Shown here one piece after another: positions 18,319 to 28,606 of a DNA stretch of 62,404 nt (its first letter is position 1; every line of letters begins with the position of its first letter). The notes beneath the pieces were generated by a model. That model had not been told where the DNA came from. It saw nothing but the letters and a program-made list of their open reading frames with translations, and did not search any database. The position numbers were made by a program, and so were the translations under genes. The DNA lies in assembly GCA_966210575.1 (NCBI GenBank), contig CBIHLI010000001.1:1-62404 (forward strand), in the 5' to 3' direction. This stretch comes from an uncultured Sphingomonas sp. (GTDB lineage Bacteria; Pseudomonadota; Alphaproteobacteria; Sphingomonadales; Sphingomonadaceae).

Positions 18319-18867
18319 ATGTTCGTAGCGTTGGATCTCTCGATCCGGAGCACCGGCTTCGCTTGCTGGTCGGAAGGCCAGGAGCAGCCGGTGTCCGGGT
18401 TGTGGCACCTCGCCAGCGGTCTGGAATGGGCGCCGCGCGCCTTTGTCCGCCTCCAGCGCAACCTGATGGACCTTCATCGGGTCACGAAGATCGCTTCCAT
18501 CATCTACGAGGATTCGCTTCCGCCCGGGAAGCTGCACGGACAGACCAATCTGGCCACGCTCAGGGCGGCCGTCAGCCTCACCAGCCACGTCGAGAGCTTC
18601 GGCGAGGCGATCGGCGCCAAGGTACGCGCCACCAATCAGTCGACCTGGCGCCGGCATTTCCTCGGCGCGATGAAGAGAGGCACCAAGACCGCCGACCTCA
18701 AGCACATGGCGAACATGCGCTGTCGCGAGCTGGGGTTCCGGCCGCAGCGCCATGACGAGGCCGAGGCCCTGGGGATGCTCGATTTCGAGCTGCATCTCGC
18801 CGGCCTGACGCCGCCGTGGCGGCAACAGCATGTCCTTCAGACGCAAATGGTCGGAGGGCCGCGGTGA
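18319..18867 (+). CDS. RuvC-like Holliday junction resolvase
   Basis: ALDLS..STGFA, YED, WRRHFLG, HDEAEALG. Confidence 0.8.
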   Translation: MFVALDLSIRSTGFACWSEGQEQPVSGLWHLASGLEWAPRAFVRLQRNLMDLHRVTKIASIIYEDSLPPGKLHGQTNLATLRAAVSLTSHVESFGEAIGAKVRATNQSTWRRHFLGAMKRGTKTADLKHMANMRCRELGFRPQRHDEAEALGMLDFELHLAGLTPPWRQQHVLQTQMVGGPR

Positions 18868-19595
18868 TCGAGTCATTCCGCCACCACAGCTCACTCCAGC
18901 GCGGCGTCATGCTCGATTGGCTCCGTCATTGCGACGAGACTGGAGAACCGCATCCGACCGATGCTGCGATCGCCGACCGCTTCTGTTTCAGCGGCATCGA
19001 GGCGGCGCGGACGCTCCTCGCCGATCTGGCCGACCGCGGCGAGATCTGCATCAGCTACAACGGCCACGGCCGGGAGATCGTTGTCGCACCCGCGAAGGCG
19101 CATCGGCAGATCGGCTCAGAGCGGCCTCTTGCCAGGAGCGTGAAGAAGCCGAAGCGCCCTCGTCCCGATGTCGACGCGACAGTGGCGAAGATCATGAAGA
19201 TCGTCCGCCGTGACCCGACTGCGCCCCGTCCTGAGCCTGAGGTCCAGAAGGCTCGGCCGCCCGTCATTCCCGCGAAGCCGAAGGAGCCCGTCATGGGGAA
19301 CCGGATCCAGTTGAACATCTGTCCATCACCAGAGCTGTTCGAACGCATCCGTGCGCTGGCGCAGGCCGACGGGCTGATGCCTGGGCAAAAGGCGCGGGAC
19401 ATGCTGGAGCGTGCGATCAATCAGCCGGCCGTGATTCCGGAACCGATGGTCGAGCTCACCGGCAAGCCCAAGGTTAGAGCCGAAGTGGCGCGCGCCGCGA
19501 CGGAGGCCAGGATGGAACTCCACGATTTCTGCAGCAAGTTGCTCGACCTCGGTCTCGAGGTCTGGGTCCGCCGGCGGATCGAGGGCGAGATATGA
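18864..19595 (+). CDS. Putative DNA-binding protein
   Basis: N-terminal winged-HTH-like segment and internal RHH-like segment. Confidence 0.55.
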   Translation: MIESFRHHSSLQRGVMLDWLRHCDETGEPHPTDAAIADRFCFSGIEAARTLLADLADRGEICISYNGHGREIVVAPAKAHRQIGSERPLARSVKKPKRPRPDVDATVAKIMKIVRRDPTAPRPEPEVQKARPPVIPAKPKEPVMGNRIQLNICPSPELFERIRALAQADGLMPGQKARDMLERAINQPAVIPEPMVELTGKPKVRAEVARAATEARMELHDFCSKLLDLGLEVWVRRRIEGEI

Positions 19596-19942
19596 TCGAC
19601 AGTCCCATGCCCATCGCGACGATCCAGGAGCACGTCGCCCGATCATACCAGGTACCGGCGCGCGAGATCCGCAGCGCCCGCCGTTCCCGTGCGATCATCG
19701 AGCCGCGTCACGTCGCGATGTACCTGTCAAAGGAGCTGACGCCGAGCTCGCTGCCTCATATCGGCCGCTTCTTTGGCGGCCGCGATCACACCACGGTTCT
19801 CCACGCGGTCCGGAAGATCGAGGATCTGCGCCGCCGGACGCCGGAGCTGGACGGACGGATCCGGGCGCTGATGGCCGAACTCAATCCGCCGGAGCCTGGC
19901 GCCGAGGTTCAGGACGATCTTTTCATCGAGGGGGACCGGTGA
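19592..19942 (+). CDS. DnaA C-terminal (domain IV) protein
   Basis: [30 protein letters not shown]. Confidence 0.92.
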   Translation: MIDSPMPIATIQEHVARSYQVPAREIRSARRSRAIIEPRHVAMYLSKELTPSSLPHIGRFFGGRDHTTVLHAVRKIEDLRRRTPELDGRIRALMAELNPPEPGAEVQDDLFIEGDR

Positions 19943-21315
19943 GCCTGGCAGATCCTCCTGAAACGAGCCTTCAGAACGTCGCTGCCGAGATGGCGCTGAT
20001 CGGCGCCATGCTGTGCGATCCGAAGATCATCGATCGAACGGCTGATGTCCTTTCCGTCGATTCATTCTTTGACCAGTTTCTGGGCTTCATCTTCGGCACG
20101 CTGGTCCGGGAGCACAGTCTCGGCCGCTCGCTCAATCCAATCACATTGGAGCCATTTCTCAAGAGCGATCCGGCGTACGAAGAATTGGGCGGCAGGAAAT
20201 GGCTGTTCGATCTGACGTCCTCGTTCGCGATTACGATCGGGGCGAGCAACTTTGCGCGCGACATCGCCGAGATGGCCCAGCGTCGTCGACTGGTCGAAGG
20301 GCTCCGCACCGCGATCGAGACGGCCAAAGATCTGGAAGTGCCGATCGACCGGCTGATCGAGCAGGCCGACGGTGCGGTAACGGCCGCACGGCCCGTCGAC
20401 GAAGAGGATTTCGAGCTTAGCGGCGCCGACTGCGTCAAGACCGTCATCGACAGTTTCGACCAGCCCGTTCGGGGGGTCGAGTGCCACGTCATTCCTTCGA
20501 TCGATCATCTGCTGGGCCCGATGAGACCGTCGCAGCTCATCGTCGGCGCCGGCCGGCCGGGAATGGGCAAGACCGCGACCGCCATTTCCTACGCGCTGGG
20601 TGCCGCCTCCCGTGGTCATGGCACGCTCTTCATCAGCCTGGAGATGAGCCGCGACCAGATGGGCGAACGGATGGCAGCCGACCTCTGCGTCAGCCATCGC
20701 ATCCCCTACGAGTCCATTCGCGATCGAACCCTCACCCGCGAGCAACAGCGCGAGATCTGCCGCGCCCATGAGCGGCTGAAGGAGATGCCGCTCGAGGTGA
20801 TCGACCGGAGCGGACTCACCATCGGCCGGCTCCGCATGATGGTAAGGCGCTGGGTCAGGCGCTTCGCCGCCCGCGGTCAGAAGCTCGAGCTGGTCATTGT
20901 CGACTATCTCCAGCTGCTCAGGGCCGACGGCAAGATGGATCGGTTCGAAGCCGTCGGCGAGATCAGCCGATCGCTCAAGGAGATCGCCAAGGAGCATGGT
21001 ATCGCCGTGTTCGCCCTGTCCCAGCTCAGCCGGAAGGTCGAGGAGCGGGCGGACAAGCGGCCACAGCTCGCCGATCTCAGGGAAAGCGGACAGATCGAGC
21101 AGGACGCCGACGCCGTGCTCTTCTTCCTCCGCCTCGAATATTATCTCCGCAAGGAGCCGGAGCCCGATCTAGCCGATGAGAAGCGCGCCGAATGGGAGCG
21201 CCGCCTCGCCGCCTGCCAGGGCCGTATCGAATTCATCTGTGCCAAGCGGCGCAACGGCACCGAGGGCAGCCGCTTCGGCGATTTCCTCGGCGCCTACCAG
21301 GCGGTGCGCGGATGA
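19939..21315 (+). CDS. dnaB: Replicative DNA helicase, DnaB family
   Basis: [37 protein letters not shown]. Confidence 0.95.
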   Translation: MSLADPPETSLQNVAAEMALIGAMLCDPKIIDRTADVLSVDSFFDQFLGFIFGTLVREHSLGRSLNPITLEPFLKSDPAYEELGGRKWLFDLTSSFAITIGASNFARDIAEMAQRRRLVEGLRTAIETAKDLEVPIDRLIEQADGAVTAARPVDEEDFELSGADCVKTVIDSFDQPVRGVECHVIPSIDHLLGPMRPSQLIVGAGRPGMGKTATAISYALGAASRGHGTLFISLEMSRDQMGERMAADLCVSHRIPYESIRDRTLTREQQREICRAHERLKEMPLEVIDRSGLTIGRLRMMVRRWVRRFAARGQKLELVIVDYLQLLRADGKMDRFEAVGEISRSLKEIAKEHGIAVFALSQLSRKVEERADKRPQLADLRESGQIEQDADAVLFFLRLEYYLRKEPEPDLADEKRAEWERRLAACQGRIEFICAKRRNGTEGSRFGDFLGAYQAVRG

Positions 21316-22094
21316 CGGCAGAACCCTGGAGCAAATGGTTCTGGACCGATTACGAGGCCGATCCTGGCCTTCGTATGAGCAGCCTCGCCGCGCAGGGGCT
21401 GTGGATGAGAATGCTGTGCCTGATGGCGAAAGCCTCTCCCAAAGGGGAACTCAGGGTTGGTAGCGAGCCGTGCACCATGGCGGACCTGGCAGTTTATGTC
21501 GGGCAGCCTGAAGAGACGGTAGCGGCCCTCGTTGAGGAACTGGAACGGAGAGCGGTCTTTTCGCGCACCAGGGCAGGCGTGATCTACAACCGTAGATTGC
21601 GAAAAGACGCCGAACTTTCGAAAAAAAGAGCGAAAGCAGGCGCAAAAGGAGCAGAGACTACAAATCTGAAATTCCACAATAATTCAGATTTGTCGCGGCA
21701 AAACGCCGGCAAAGGCAACGGCAAAAGTCCGGCCCCAGAAGCCAGAAGCCAGAAGCCAGATAAGAGTGAGGATAAACCTCACTCTAATGGTGCGGGCGAT
21801 CTTCCCGATTGGGTTCCACGGGAGGAGTGGGCCGGGTTCAAGGCGATGAGGGTGAGGATCAAGAAACCCCTCACCCAGCGAGCCGAGAAGATGGCGCTCG
21901 ACGATCTGGCCAGGCTTCGAGCGGAGGGACAGGACCCGGTAGCAGTCCTTCGGCAGTCCGAATTCCACTGCTGGATGGGTCTGTTTCCGGTCAGGGGCGA
22001 CGATCGCAACGGAGCGGCGCGCGCCGACGACAATTCGCTCTATTCGGCCATCGATCGTGATTATGGCCGGCGAGCCGCGGCGGCGCCGAAATGA
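21312..22094 (+). CDS. Phage replication initiator-like protein
   Basis: PWSKWFWTDY.AD..LR..SLAAQGLW N-terminus; LPDWV...W..F..MR...KKPLT C-terminus. Confidence 0.8.
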   Translation: MTAEPWSKWFWTDYEADPGLRMSSLAAQGLWMRMLCLMAKASPKGELRVGSEPCTMADLAVYVGQPEETVAALVEELERRAVFSRTRAGVIYNRRLRKDAELSKKRAKAGAKGAETTNLKFHNNSDLSRQNAGKGNGKSPAPEARSQKPDKSEDKPHSNGAGDLPDWVPREEWAGFKAMRVRIKKPLTQRAEKMALDDLARLRAEGQDPVAVLRQSEFHCWMGLFPVRGDDRNGAARADDNSLYSAIDRDYGRRAAAAPK

Positions 22095-22300
22095 GCCGGC
22101 TCAGCTCTCCGTTGGGGTCCTGGGCGGCTCGGTCCGACTCGCCTGACCCAGCCGCGGCCAGGCGAATTGCCCAATCGGCTTACCAGCGGACCGGATTCGT
22201 CGCGATCGATCCAACCTGGCTCGAGCTGCCTGACGATCGGGAGCGACTGAGGGATCTGGCGGACAAGGTTCATGGCGCGAGGAGTGAGCGAGGTGCGTAA
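22091..22300 (+). CDS. Hypothetical small protein
   Basis: Coupled ORF. Confidence 0.5.
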   Translation: MSRLSSPLGSWAARSDSPDPAAARRIAQSAYQRTGFVAIDPTWLELPDDRERLRDLADKVHGARSERGA

Positions 22301-22916
22301 TGGGGAGGGGATCGGCGCCGAGGCGGCCGGTCAGGGATGGATAGTGCTCCGGACAACGGCGAGCTCGACGCTTCGTCTGGCGCAATCGCTCGCCGAGGAC
22401 GGCTACAAGGTCTGGACGCCGGTCCGGAGGTTCCGGGTGAGGGTGCCGAGGGCGAACGCCAAGCGCAACGTCGAACTGCCGCTGATCCCCCAATATATAT
22501 TCGCCCGGGAACGACATCTGCTGAATCTGCTCGAGCTGGCGGCGATGCCGGAGAAGCCGCGGCGCGGCGCCGGCGGCCGACTCCCTGCGCATCGTGACTT
22601 CTCGGTGTTCCGTCACGCCGGTCGGATACCCGTCATCCTGGATGACGATCTGAAGCCGCTTCGGGAGGCTGAAGATTTGGCTAAGCCTCGCCGCTGGACG
22701 AGCGCATTTGCCGATGGATCGCGGGTGCGCATCACCGGGGGCAGCTTCGAAGGGCTCGTCGGTACCGTCGAAAGTTGCGACGGCCGCAAGGCCGCATTGT
22801 GGGTCTCGCTGTTCGGCCGGCACCGCCGCGTGAAAATTTCGACTTTCATTCTGCAGCCTGTTGAAGGTATAGGATCCGGCGAAGCCCGATCGGGCACCGC
22901 CGCCAAAGCGGCTTAG
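22284..22916 (+). CDS. NusG-family late antiterminator
   Basis: WIVLRT, PLIPQYIF NGN domain; VRITGGSFEGLVG KOW motif; exact start uncertain. Confidence 0.85.
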   Translation: MSEVRNGEGIGAEAAGQGWIVLRTTASSTLRLAQSLAEDGYKVWTPVRRFRVRVPRANAKRNVELPLIPQYIFARERHLLNLLELAAMPEKPRRGAGGRLPAHRDFSVFRHAGRIPVILDDDLKPLREAEDLAKPRRWTSAFADGSRVRITGGSFEGLVGTVESCDGRKAALWVSLFGRHRRVKISTFILQPVEGIGSGEARSGTAAKAA

Positions 22917-23070
22917 GCGAGATGGTTTGGCCCGCTACAGGGATATCAGACCTCGCCACTGAAGATCCGAGGCACCCCGCTTTCGGTGAAGTCGTAAGAC
23001 ATGGAACAAACGGTGGTCGCGCGCAGGGATGCGCGGGTCGGCTGCCTCAACAGTTAGCAAGGGGCCATTG

Positions 23071-23739
23071 ATGCGCCTCCCGAGCGACCCCGGCGCCCGG
23101 CTTGAGCTCTTGCTCGCCGCCCGGAAGCAGATCGGGCGCAAGAAGATCCTGCTCAACGCCGAGGAAATGGCCGGCGCCGCCGGCATGAGCTGGCGAAACC
23201 TGAAAACGATCATCGATCGGGATCCCGAGTTCCCGGTCAAGCGGCGAGGCTCCGAAGGGGTCCCGTGGGAATTCGAGGCCGCGAAGGCGCTCGACAGGAT
23301 GATTGCAACGGCTCGGGCGGTGATAGCCGACCGCGAGCGGCGGAAGGCGCGAGCGGCGTCTCTTGCCGGAATTCGATCGTCCGGTTCGGCCAGTTTCCCC
23401 GCCGGCTCGGCGAACCCCCCGGGTTCCGGCTCCGCTGCCCGCGAGATGCTCGAGGATGCTCGGGCGATCAACGCCCTGGTCGACGCCCAGACCAAGATGA
23501 GAATCGAGCGGCAGAAGCAGCGCGAGCTGCTCGAGCGCTCGGAAGTCGAAAGCCTGGCCTGGGACATGATGACGACAATGCAGGCGGAGACGATGGCGAT
23601 TTCGTCGAAGCTCGATCCGGCCGGCCGCTGGGACCCGTCATTCCGCCGAGAGGTCGAGGACGAGCTGGGCAACGTCCTGGTCACGGTCCGTAGCCGGCTG
23701 GAACGGCGCATCGAGAAATGGAATGCTGCCAAGCATTGA
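23071..23739 (+). CDS. Terminase small subunit (Nu1-like)
   Basis: HTH plus RGSEGVPWEF, coiled coil, directly before terL. Confidence 0.8.
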   Translation: MRLPSDPGARLELLLAARKQIGRKKILLNAEEMAGAAGMSWRNLKTIIDRDPEFPVKRRGSEGVPWEFEAAKALDRMIATARAVIADRERRKARAASLAGIRSSGSASFPAGSANPPGSGSAAREMLEDARAINALVDAQTKMRIERQKQRELLERSEVESLAWDMMTTMQAETMAISSKLDPAGRWDPSFRREVEDELGNVLVTVRSRLERRIEKWNAAKH

Positions 23740-25843
23740 GGCCCTGGAGGCCGAGCTCGAGCAGCTGGCATCGGGCGAATTTCTCTGCCGTGTCGGACCG
23801 ATCGTCGCCGATGCGGTGCAGTTGCTTACGCCGCCGGAACGCATCTCGACGACGGAATGCGCCGCCAAATATCGACTGATCCCGCATAAGGTCGGTCGCG
23901 GGGCGTCGCTCTGGGATCCGGAGCTGACGCCGTTCATCAATGGAATTCAGGACGCGCTCGACGATCCCGAAGTCGGGCTGGTGATCGTTCCAAAGCCCGG
24001 CCGCGTCGGCGGCACGATCGCGGCGGAAAACCACCTGTTCAAGCTGATGAAGTTCGGGCCGTTGCCAGACGTGCTCTGGTATCTGCCCAGCGACAGCGAG
24101 CGGGACAGCTATGTCGATCGCCACGTCGCCAAGATGTTCGAGCTTCACGCCGACGTCCGGGCCAAGATCGGTTCCGGCAAATCGGACAACAAGCTGGCGC
24201 GCAAGAAGCTCGCTGGGCGGCTGATCGAGTGGCTGCAGCTCAATTCCCGGACGGTGACCGGGCGCGACGCCGGGTTCATCGTCGGCGACGAGATCGATGC
24301 CGCCAACAAGAAGCTGGTGCCGTCATTCGTCGACCAGGTGAAAACCCGCGGCACGACGGCCGGCACGCGCTTCAAGGGCTATCTCTGCAGCCACATGGAT
24401 CGCGGCTGGACGAGCGGCGTCGCCGCGGCCTGGAAGGAATCGAGCCGGGGCATCTGGTACATGCCGTGCCCTCATTGCAGGGGCTGGGCCAGCCCATGCC
24501 CGACGGCAGCCGACGGGCATCGCTGGATGCTCGATTATGAGAGGCTCCGCAATGTGAGCGACGACGAGATGCTAGATCACGTCGAAGCCAGCGCCGGGCT
24601 GAAATGCCCGCACTGCGGTAAGAAGGCCGCCGACGTCCACAAGCCGGCGATGCTGCTCAGCGGCAAGTGGGTGCACGAGGGACAGTCGATCGACCGCAAG
24701 GGCCGAGTCATCGGCGAGCCGCGATCGAAGCGAGTGATGGGTTTCTGGATCCACGGCTCGATGTCGCCCTGGGTGCCATGGAGCGATCTCGCGCGTCGCT
24801 ACGTCAGCGCGGTGCTCGTGTTCGAGCGGACGAAGAAATCGGAACGGCTCCGCGAGGTCACCGCCAAGGTGCTCGGCGAGGTCTATGAAGGCGCAGGCGA
24901 GGGCGCGAAGGCCATCGATCCGGTCCGGCTGAGACAGCGGGCGGAAGCAGCGACGCAGATCGAGCGGTTTGTCGCAGGCACCGTGCCTTCCGACGTCTGG
25001 TTCGTCACCGCGGCGGTCGACGTCGGCCACCGGAAGTTCGACGTCATGATCCTCGGCTGGGATCTCGAGGGCCGATCCTGGGTGATCGAGCGCTTCACCA
25101 TCACGACGCGGCGCGTCGGAAGCCGGGACATCGACATCCGGCCGGCAGAGCGGATCGAGGACTGGTCCGTGCTCGAGGACCAGGTGCTGAAGCGGGAGCT
25201 GGTTGTTCTCGACGATCCGACGATGTTGATGCCGATCGCCGGCGTCGCCATCGACACCGGCGACGGCCATGTCACCTGGAAGGCCCGCGAGTTCGCTCGC
25301 CGGATGGCGCGAAAGGGTCATTTCTGGGGGAAGGCTTCGCAGCCCTGGCACAAGGTCCGGCTGATCAAGGGTGCGAAATCGCCGACGGCCCCGGAGCTTC
25401 CGCCGAAGGGCCGCGACGTCAATGTCGACGAGGAAGGCCGGAAGGTGACGCCAGTCCTGCTCGAATGGGACGTCGGCGTTCACAAGCTGAAGTCGCTCAC
25501 GGTCGAGCGTCTCGCCGAGACCGAGGGAGGACCAGGCCAGGTGACCTTCGCCGAGGGTCTGCCCGCCTCGACGTTCGAAGAATTTGCCGGAGAGGTGCTG
25601 ATCGACGGCGCCTGGGAGCGGCGGGGCCCGAACGAGAGCCTCGATCTCCACGGCTATAACGAAATCGTCCGGCTCCAGTTGAGGCCGGACCGCAGGGAGA
25701 TCGATTGGGAGAACCGTCCACCGATCTGGGCGAGGCCGGTGCCTGCCGAGGTTGAGACGATCCCTGAATTAGAGACATCCGAACCGGTAGCTTCGACGAA
25801 GCGATCGGCACTGGAGAGAATGGCGGCGCTGAACCGCCGCTGA
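23723..25843 (+). CDS. Terminase large subunit (GpA family)
   Basis: GDEID Walker B, CPHC x2, TAAVDVG, IDTGDG, NESLD. Confidence 0.93.
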   Translation: MLPSIEALEAELEQLASGEFLCRVGPIVADAVQLLTPPERISTTECAAKYRLIPHKVGRGASLWDPELTPFINGIQDALDDPEVGLVIVPKPGRVGGTIAAENHLFKLMKFGPLPDVLWYLPSDSERDSYVDRHVAKMFELHADVRAKIGSGKSDNKLARKKLAGRLIEWLQLNSRTVTGRDAGFIVGDEIDAANKKLVPSFVDQVKTRGTTAGTRFKGYLCSHMDRGWTSGVAAAWKESSRGIWYMPCPHCRGWASPCPTAADGHRWMLDYERLRNVSDDEMLDHVEASAGLKCPHCGKKAADVHKPAMLLSGKWVHEGQSIDRKGRVIGEPRSKRVMGFWIHGSMSPWVPWSDLARRYVSAVLVFERTKKSERLREVTAKVLGEVYEGAGEGAKAIDPVRLRQRAEAATQIERFVAGTVPSDVWFVTAAVDVGHRKFDVMILGWDLEGRSWVIERFTITTRRVGSRDIDIRPAERIEDWSVLEDQVLKRELVVLDDPTMLMPIAGVAIDTGDGHVTWKAREFARRMARKGHFWGKASQPWHKVRLIKGAKSPTAPELPPKGRDVNVDEEGRKVTPVLLEWDVGVHKLKSLTVERLAETEGGPGQVTFAEGLPASTFEEFAGEVLIDGAWERRGPNESLDLHGYNEIVRLQLRPDRREIDWENRPPIWARPVPAEVETIPELETSEPVASTKRSALERMAALNRR

Positions 25844-25913
25844 GGGCCGCCTGCGTTCTAAGGCGGGGTGGGGAGGCCGAGTAGCTGGCCGTTTCTTCTC
25901 AAGGAGAGAAATC

Positions 25914-26375
25914 GTGGCCAATATCGTTTTCAATATCGCCAAGGGGCGGGCAGCGGAACTCTACAACAGGGTCGAGAATAGCGATCCTGCCAATTCGGCA
26001 ATCGTTATCATCCCGATCGAGGCGGCCGGCCTCGAGGCCGACGCAGTCCTGATCGACAAAGACACGCTCGCCGACGTGCTTTCCGGTACGACAAACGAGC
26101 AGTCGACGATGGGCCGGAAGGTTCTTACCGATGCCGATCTGGCTGCGATTCCTGCTCCGGACGATACCAACGACCGAAGCGAACGCTCGCTTCCGACGGT
26201 CACATGGACCGCGGCCAGCGGCAACGCGATCGCCAAGCTTCTCATCTGCTACGATCCCGATACGACGGCTGGGACCGATGCAGACATCGTTCCTCTCACG
26301 ATGTTCGATTTCGCCCAGACACCGAGCGGCGCGGACATCCAGATGACGACTGGGGCATTCTTCCGCGCCACCTGA
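25914..26375 (+). CDS. Putative virion structural protein
   Basis: Strong RBS; PSGADI C-terminal motif; beta-rich. Confidence 0.7.
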   Translation: MANIVFNIAKGRAAELYNRVENSDPANSAIVIIPIEAAGLEADAVLIDKDTLADVLSGTTNEQSTMGRKVLTDADLAAIPAPDDTNDRSERSLPTVTWTAASGNAIAKLLICYDPDTTAGTDADIVPLTMFDFAQTPSGADIQMTTGAFFRAT

Positions 26376-26389
26376 TCGGGGGCGCGTAG

Positions 26390-28060
26390 ATGGCGCAGAT
26401 CCTTTTACCGACCTCTGATCACGCCGCTGGTTCCTGGACCAGCGCGCCACTTTGGTCGAAGGTCGACGACAACAGCTCAGTCAATCCGACCGGTGACGGC
26501 TCCGTCATTCTGTCGAATGGGGTGGGCAACAATACCAACACGAGCAATTGCGATCTGAAGCTCGCTGGCGGTTCGTCGCCGGCTGCCGGTTCACAGACGC
26601 TCAGGGTGAGATGGCGCCACAACGTCGCCGGGCGCAGCCTTCAGGCCCATTGCGAGCTATGGGAGGGTGGCCCCGACGCCGGCGGGACGATGCGCGGGGA
26701 GATTGTCTCCGCCGTTGACGTCGGATCGACCGAGGTCGAAGCAACGACGACGGCAATCGGTGCAATCTCCGATTACGCTAGCCTTTATGTCCGGCTCTGG
26801 GGGCGTGGCACCGGCGGCGGCTCGGCACGCAGCCTGGAAGTCGAGCTCGTCGAATTTGTCATTCCGGATGCTCCGGCGGGATTGCCCGTCAGTCGAGCCG
26901 ACGAGGCAAGCTCTGCAACCGGTCTTGGGTCGGCTCGTCCTCCTGGATCGGGCTCGAGCGCAGATCAGGCTCTGGCGCTTGGGGTTGCCGTTCCGGCGGC
27001 GGTTTCTTCGGAGTCGAGCGGCGCCCTGGCGCTTCTCGGTGCGTCCGGCGGAACCGTCGGGACCGCTACCGACCTTGAAGATGCGCTTTCCACCGGGTCA
27101 GCGCGGCCGACTGGCCCGGCGGAAAGTTCGGATACGGCCTTAGGATTGCCGGCCACTATCATTGCCGTTGTCGGCAGTGCGTCCGAAGCCGACCAGCCAC
27201 TCGGCCTCACCGCGGTCCAGCTCGACGGCGCCGGCGCAGCGGTGGAAGCCGATCAGGTGCTCAGCCTGGGCAGTGCTCGAGTCGTCGGCGCCGCCGATGA
27301 AGAGGATTGGGCGATCGCCTCGAGCGCGGGGCTCGGCGTCCGTACCTCGGTTGAGGCCAGCGCCGCCATCAGCTTGGGCAGCGCCAGACCGGTCGGGCAG
27401 GGTAGCGAGGGATCTGAAGGAGCAGCGCTCCCCGGCCTGGCAGCTATCGAGACGGGGCCGGCGCTGGAAACTGGTGCAGCTGTGCCGCTCGGCTCGGCTC
27501 GCCCGACAGGCCCGGCAAGCGAGACCTCGGTCGCTCTGCAGATCGAGACCGGCACGTCGGTCGGCGTTGCAAGCGAGACGGAGCTGTCAGTGTCATTGGC
27601 GGCGGCCAGGCCACCGGCTCCCGTCGCCGATACGGCGGTTGCCCTGGCGCTGGCGGCGATCGCCATATCCAGCGCCGGTACAGCCAGCGAAGTCGACACG
27701 TCGCTCAATCTGGTGGCGGGTATCGCTGCCGAGGCCGCAAACGAGAATGATTTGGCGGCTGAGCTCTATCTGGTGGCGGTCCGGCCGGTGATGGCGCTCA
27801 GTGATGCCAGCATTGCGATGGGCCTGGGTGTTGCCCTGCTCGTGGGGCGAGCCGACGAGGAATCGATTTCACTCGAGCTGACGTCATTCGTTGCCGGAAA
27901 CCCTCCGGCCAGCCGCCTTTCCTGGTCTCGAGGATTGCGGCGGGTGAGCACCGCCGGCGAAGGCCACCGCGTTTCCGCCGCCGACGAGGCTGACCGAGTC
28001 CAGGACGCGCTGAACAGCGAAAGAATTTCAACGGCAACCGGTGCTCGCCGGTTTGCATAG
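26390..28060 (+). CDS. Putative fibre/appendage protein with Ala/Ser/Gly-rich repeats
   Basis: Globular N-terminus then many G.A.E.D.A..L / GSARP repeats. Confidence 0.65.
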   Translation: MAQILLPTSDHAAGSWTSAPLWSKVDDNSSVNPTGDGSVILSNGVGNNTNTSNCDLKLAGGSSPAAGSQTLRVRWRHNVAGRSLQAHCELWEGGPDAGGTMRGEIVSAVDVGSTEVEATTTAIGAISDYASLYVRLWGRGTGGGSARSLEVELVEFVIPDAPAGLPVSRADEASSATGLGSARPPGSGSSADQALALGVAVPAAVSSESSGALALLGASGGTVGTATDLEDALSTGSARPTGPAESSDTALGLPATIIAVVGSASEADQPLGLTAVQLDGAGAAVEADQVLSLGSARVVGAADEEDWAIASSAGLGVRTSVEASAAISLGSARPVGQGSEGSEGAALPGLAAIETGPALETGAAVPLGSARPTGPASETSVALQIETGTSVGVASETELSVSLAAARPPAPVADTAVALALAAIAISSAGTASEVDTSLNLVAGIAAEAANENDLAAELYLVAVRPVMALSDASIAMGLGVALLVGRADEESISLELTSFVAGNPPASRLSWSRGLRRVSTAGEGHRVSAADEADRVQDALNSERISTATGARRFA

Positions 28061-28069
28061 GAGAGCGAG

Positions 28070-28606
28070 TTGGCAATAGCCTGGGAACGCCCGAAGGATC
28101 CGACCGAAGTCGTGGACTATGGCCACGATTGGGCAACGGACCTCGGCGACGACACCATCTCAACCTCGACCTGGACGGCAATCGATGCAGCCGGCACGGC
28201 GAAGGTATCGGACTCGTTCGCTGGCAGTGTCACCCGGATATTCCTTTCCGGCGGAACGGATGGCGGGACCGCCTTGTGGCTGAACCGAGTCGTCACGGCC
28301 GGCGGACGAGAATTCGAAGAGGCGTTCCAGCTTTCCATCGCCGACAAGGCGACGATCGACGAGACCGCCTCCGATATCGATCAGCTCCGCGCCGATCGCG
28401 CCGCGGTCGCCGCTGCCCGGATGAAGTTCCTCAGCGGCGAAGCGGTCAAGGAAGTCACGCGTGGCGGCCGCAAGCTCGTCATGCATGCGGTCAGCCTCGC
28501 CAATTTCGATGAAGCCCTGGCGGCGATCGATCGCGAAATCGCGGCCCTCGTGTCGGTGACGAGCGGCACGCGCCGGCGTCGGGCCATGTCGGTGAGTTTC
28601 GGATGA
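28070..28606 (+). CDS. Fusion of KDPxE..DY adaptor domain and gpW-like head completion protein
   Basis: KDPTEVVDYGHDW N-domain; C-terminal helix-hairpin-helix ending RRRRAM just before portal. Confidence 0.7.
   Translation: MAIAWERPKDPTEVVDYGHDWATDLGDDTISTSTWTAIDAAGTAKVSDSFAGSVTRIFLSGGTDGGTALWLNRVVTAGGREFEEAFQLSIADKATIDETASDIDQLRADRAAVAAARMKFLSGEAVKEVTRGGRKLVMHAVSLANFDEALAAIDREIAALVSVTSGTRRRRAMSVSFG

Noticed and set aside
23992-24016. Defective terminase (RVGGT instead of a GKT-type Walker A)
   Set aside because: GpA-family Walker A motifs are variable and the rest of the gene is intact; this cannot be judged without an alignment
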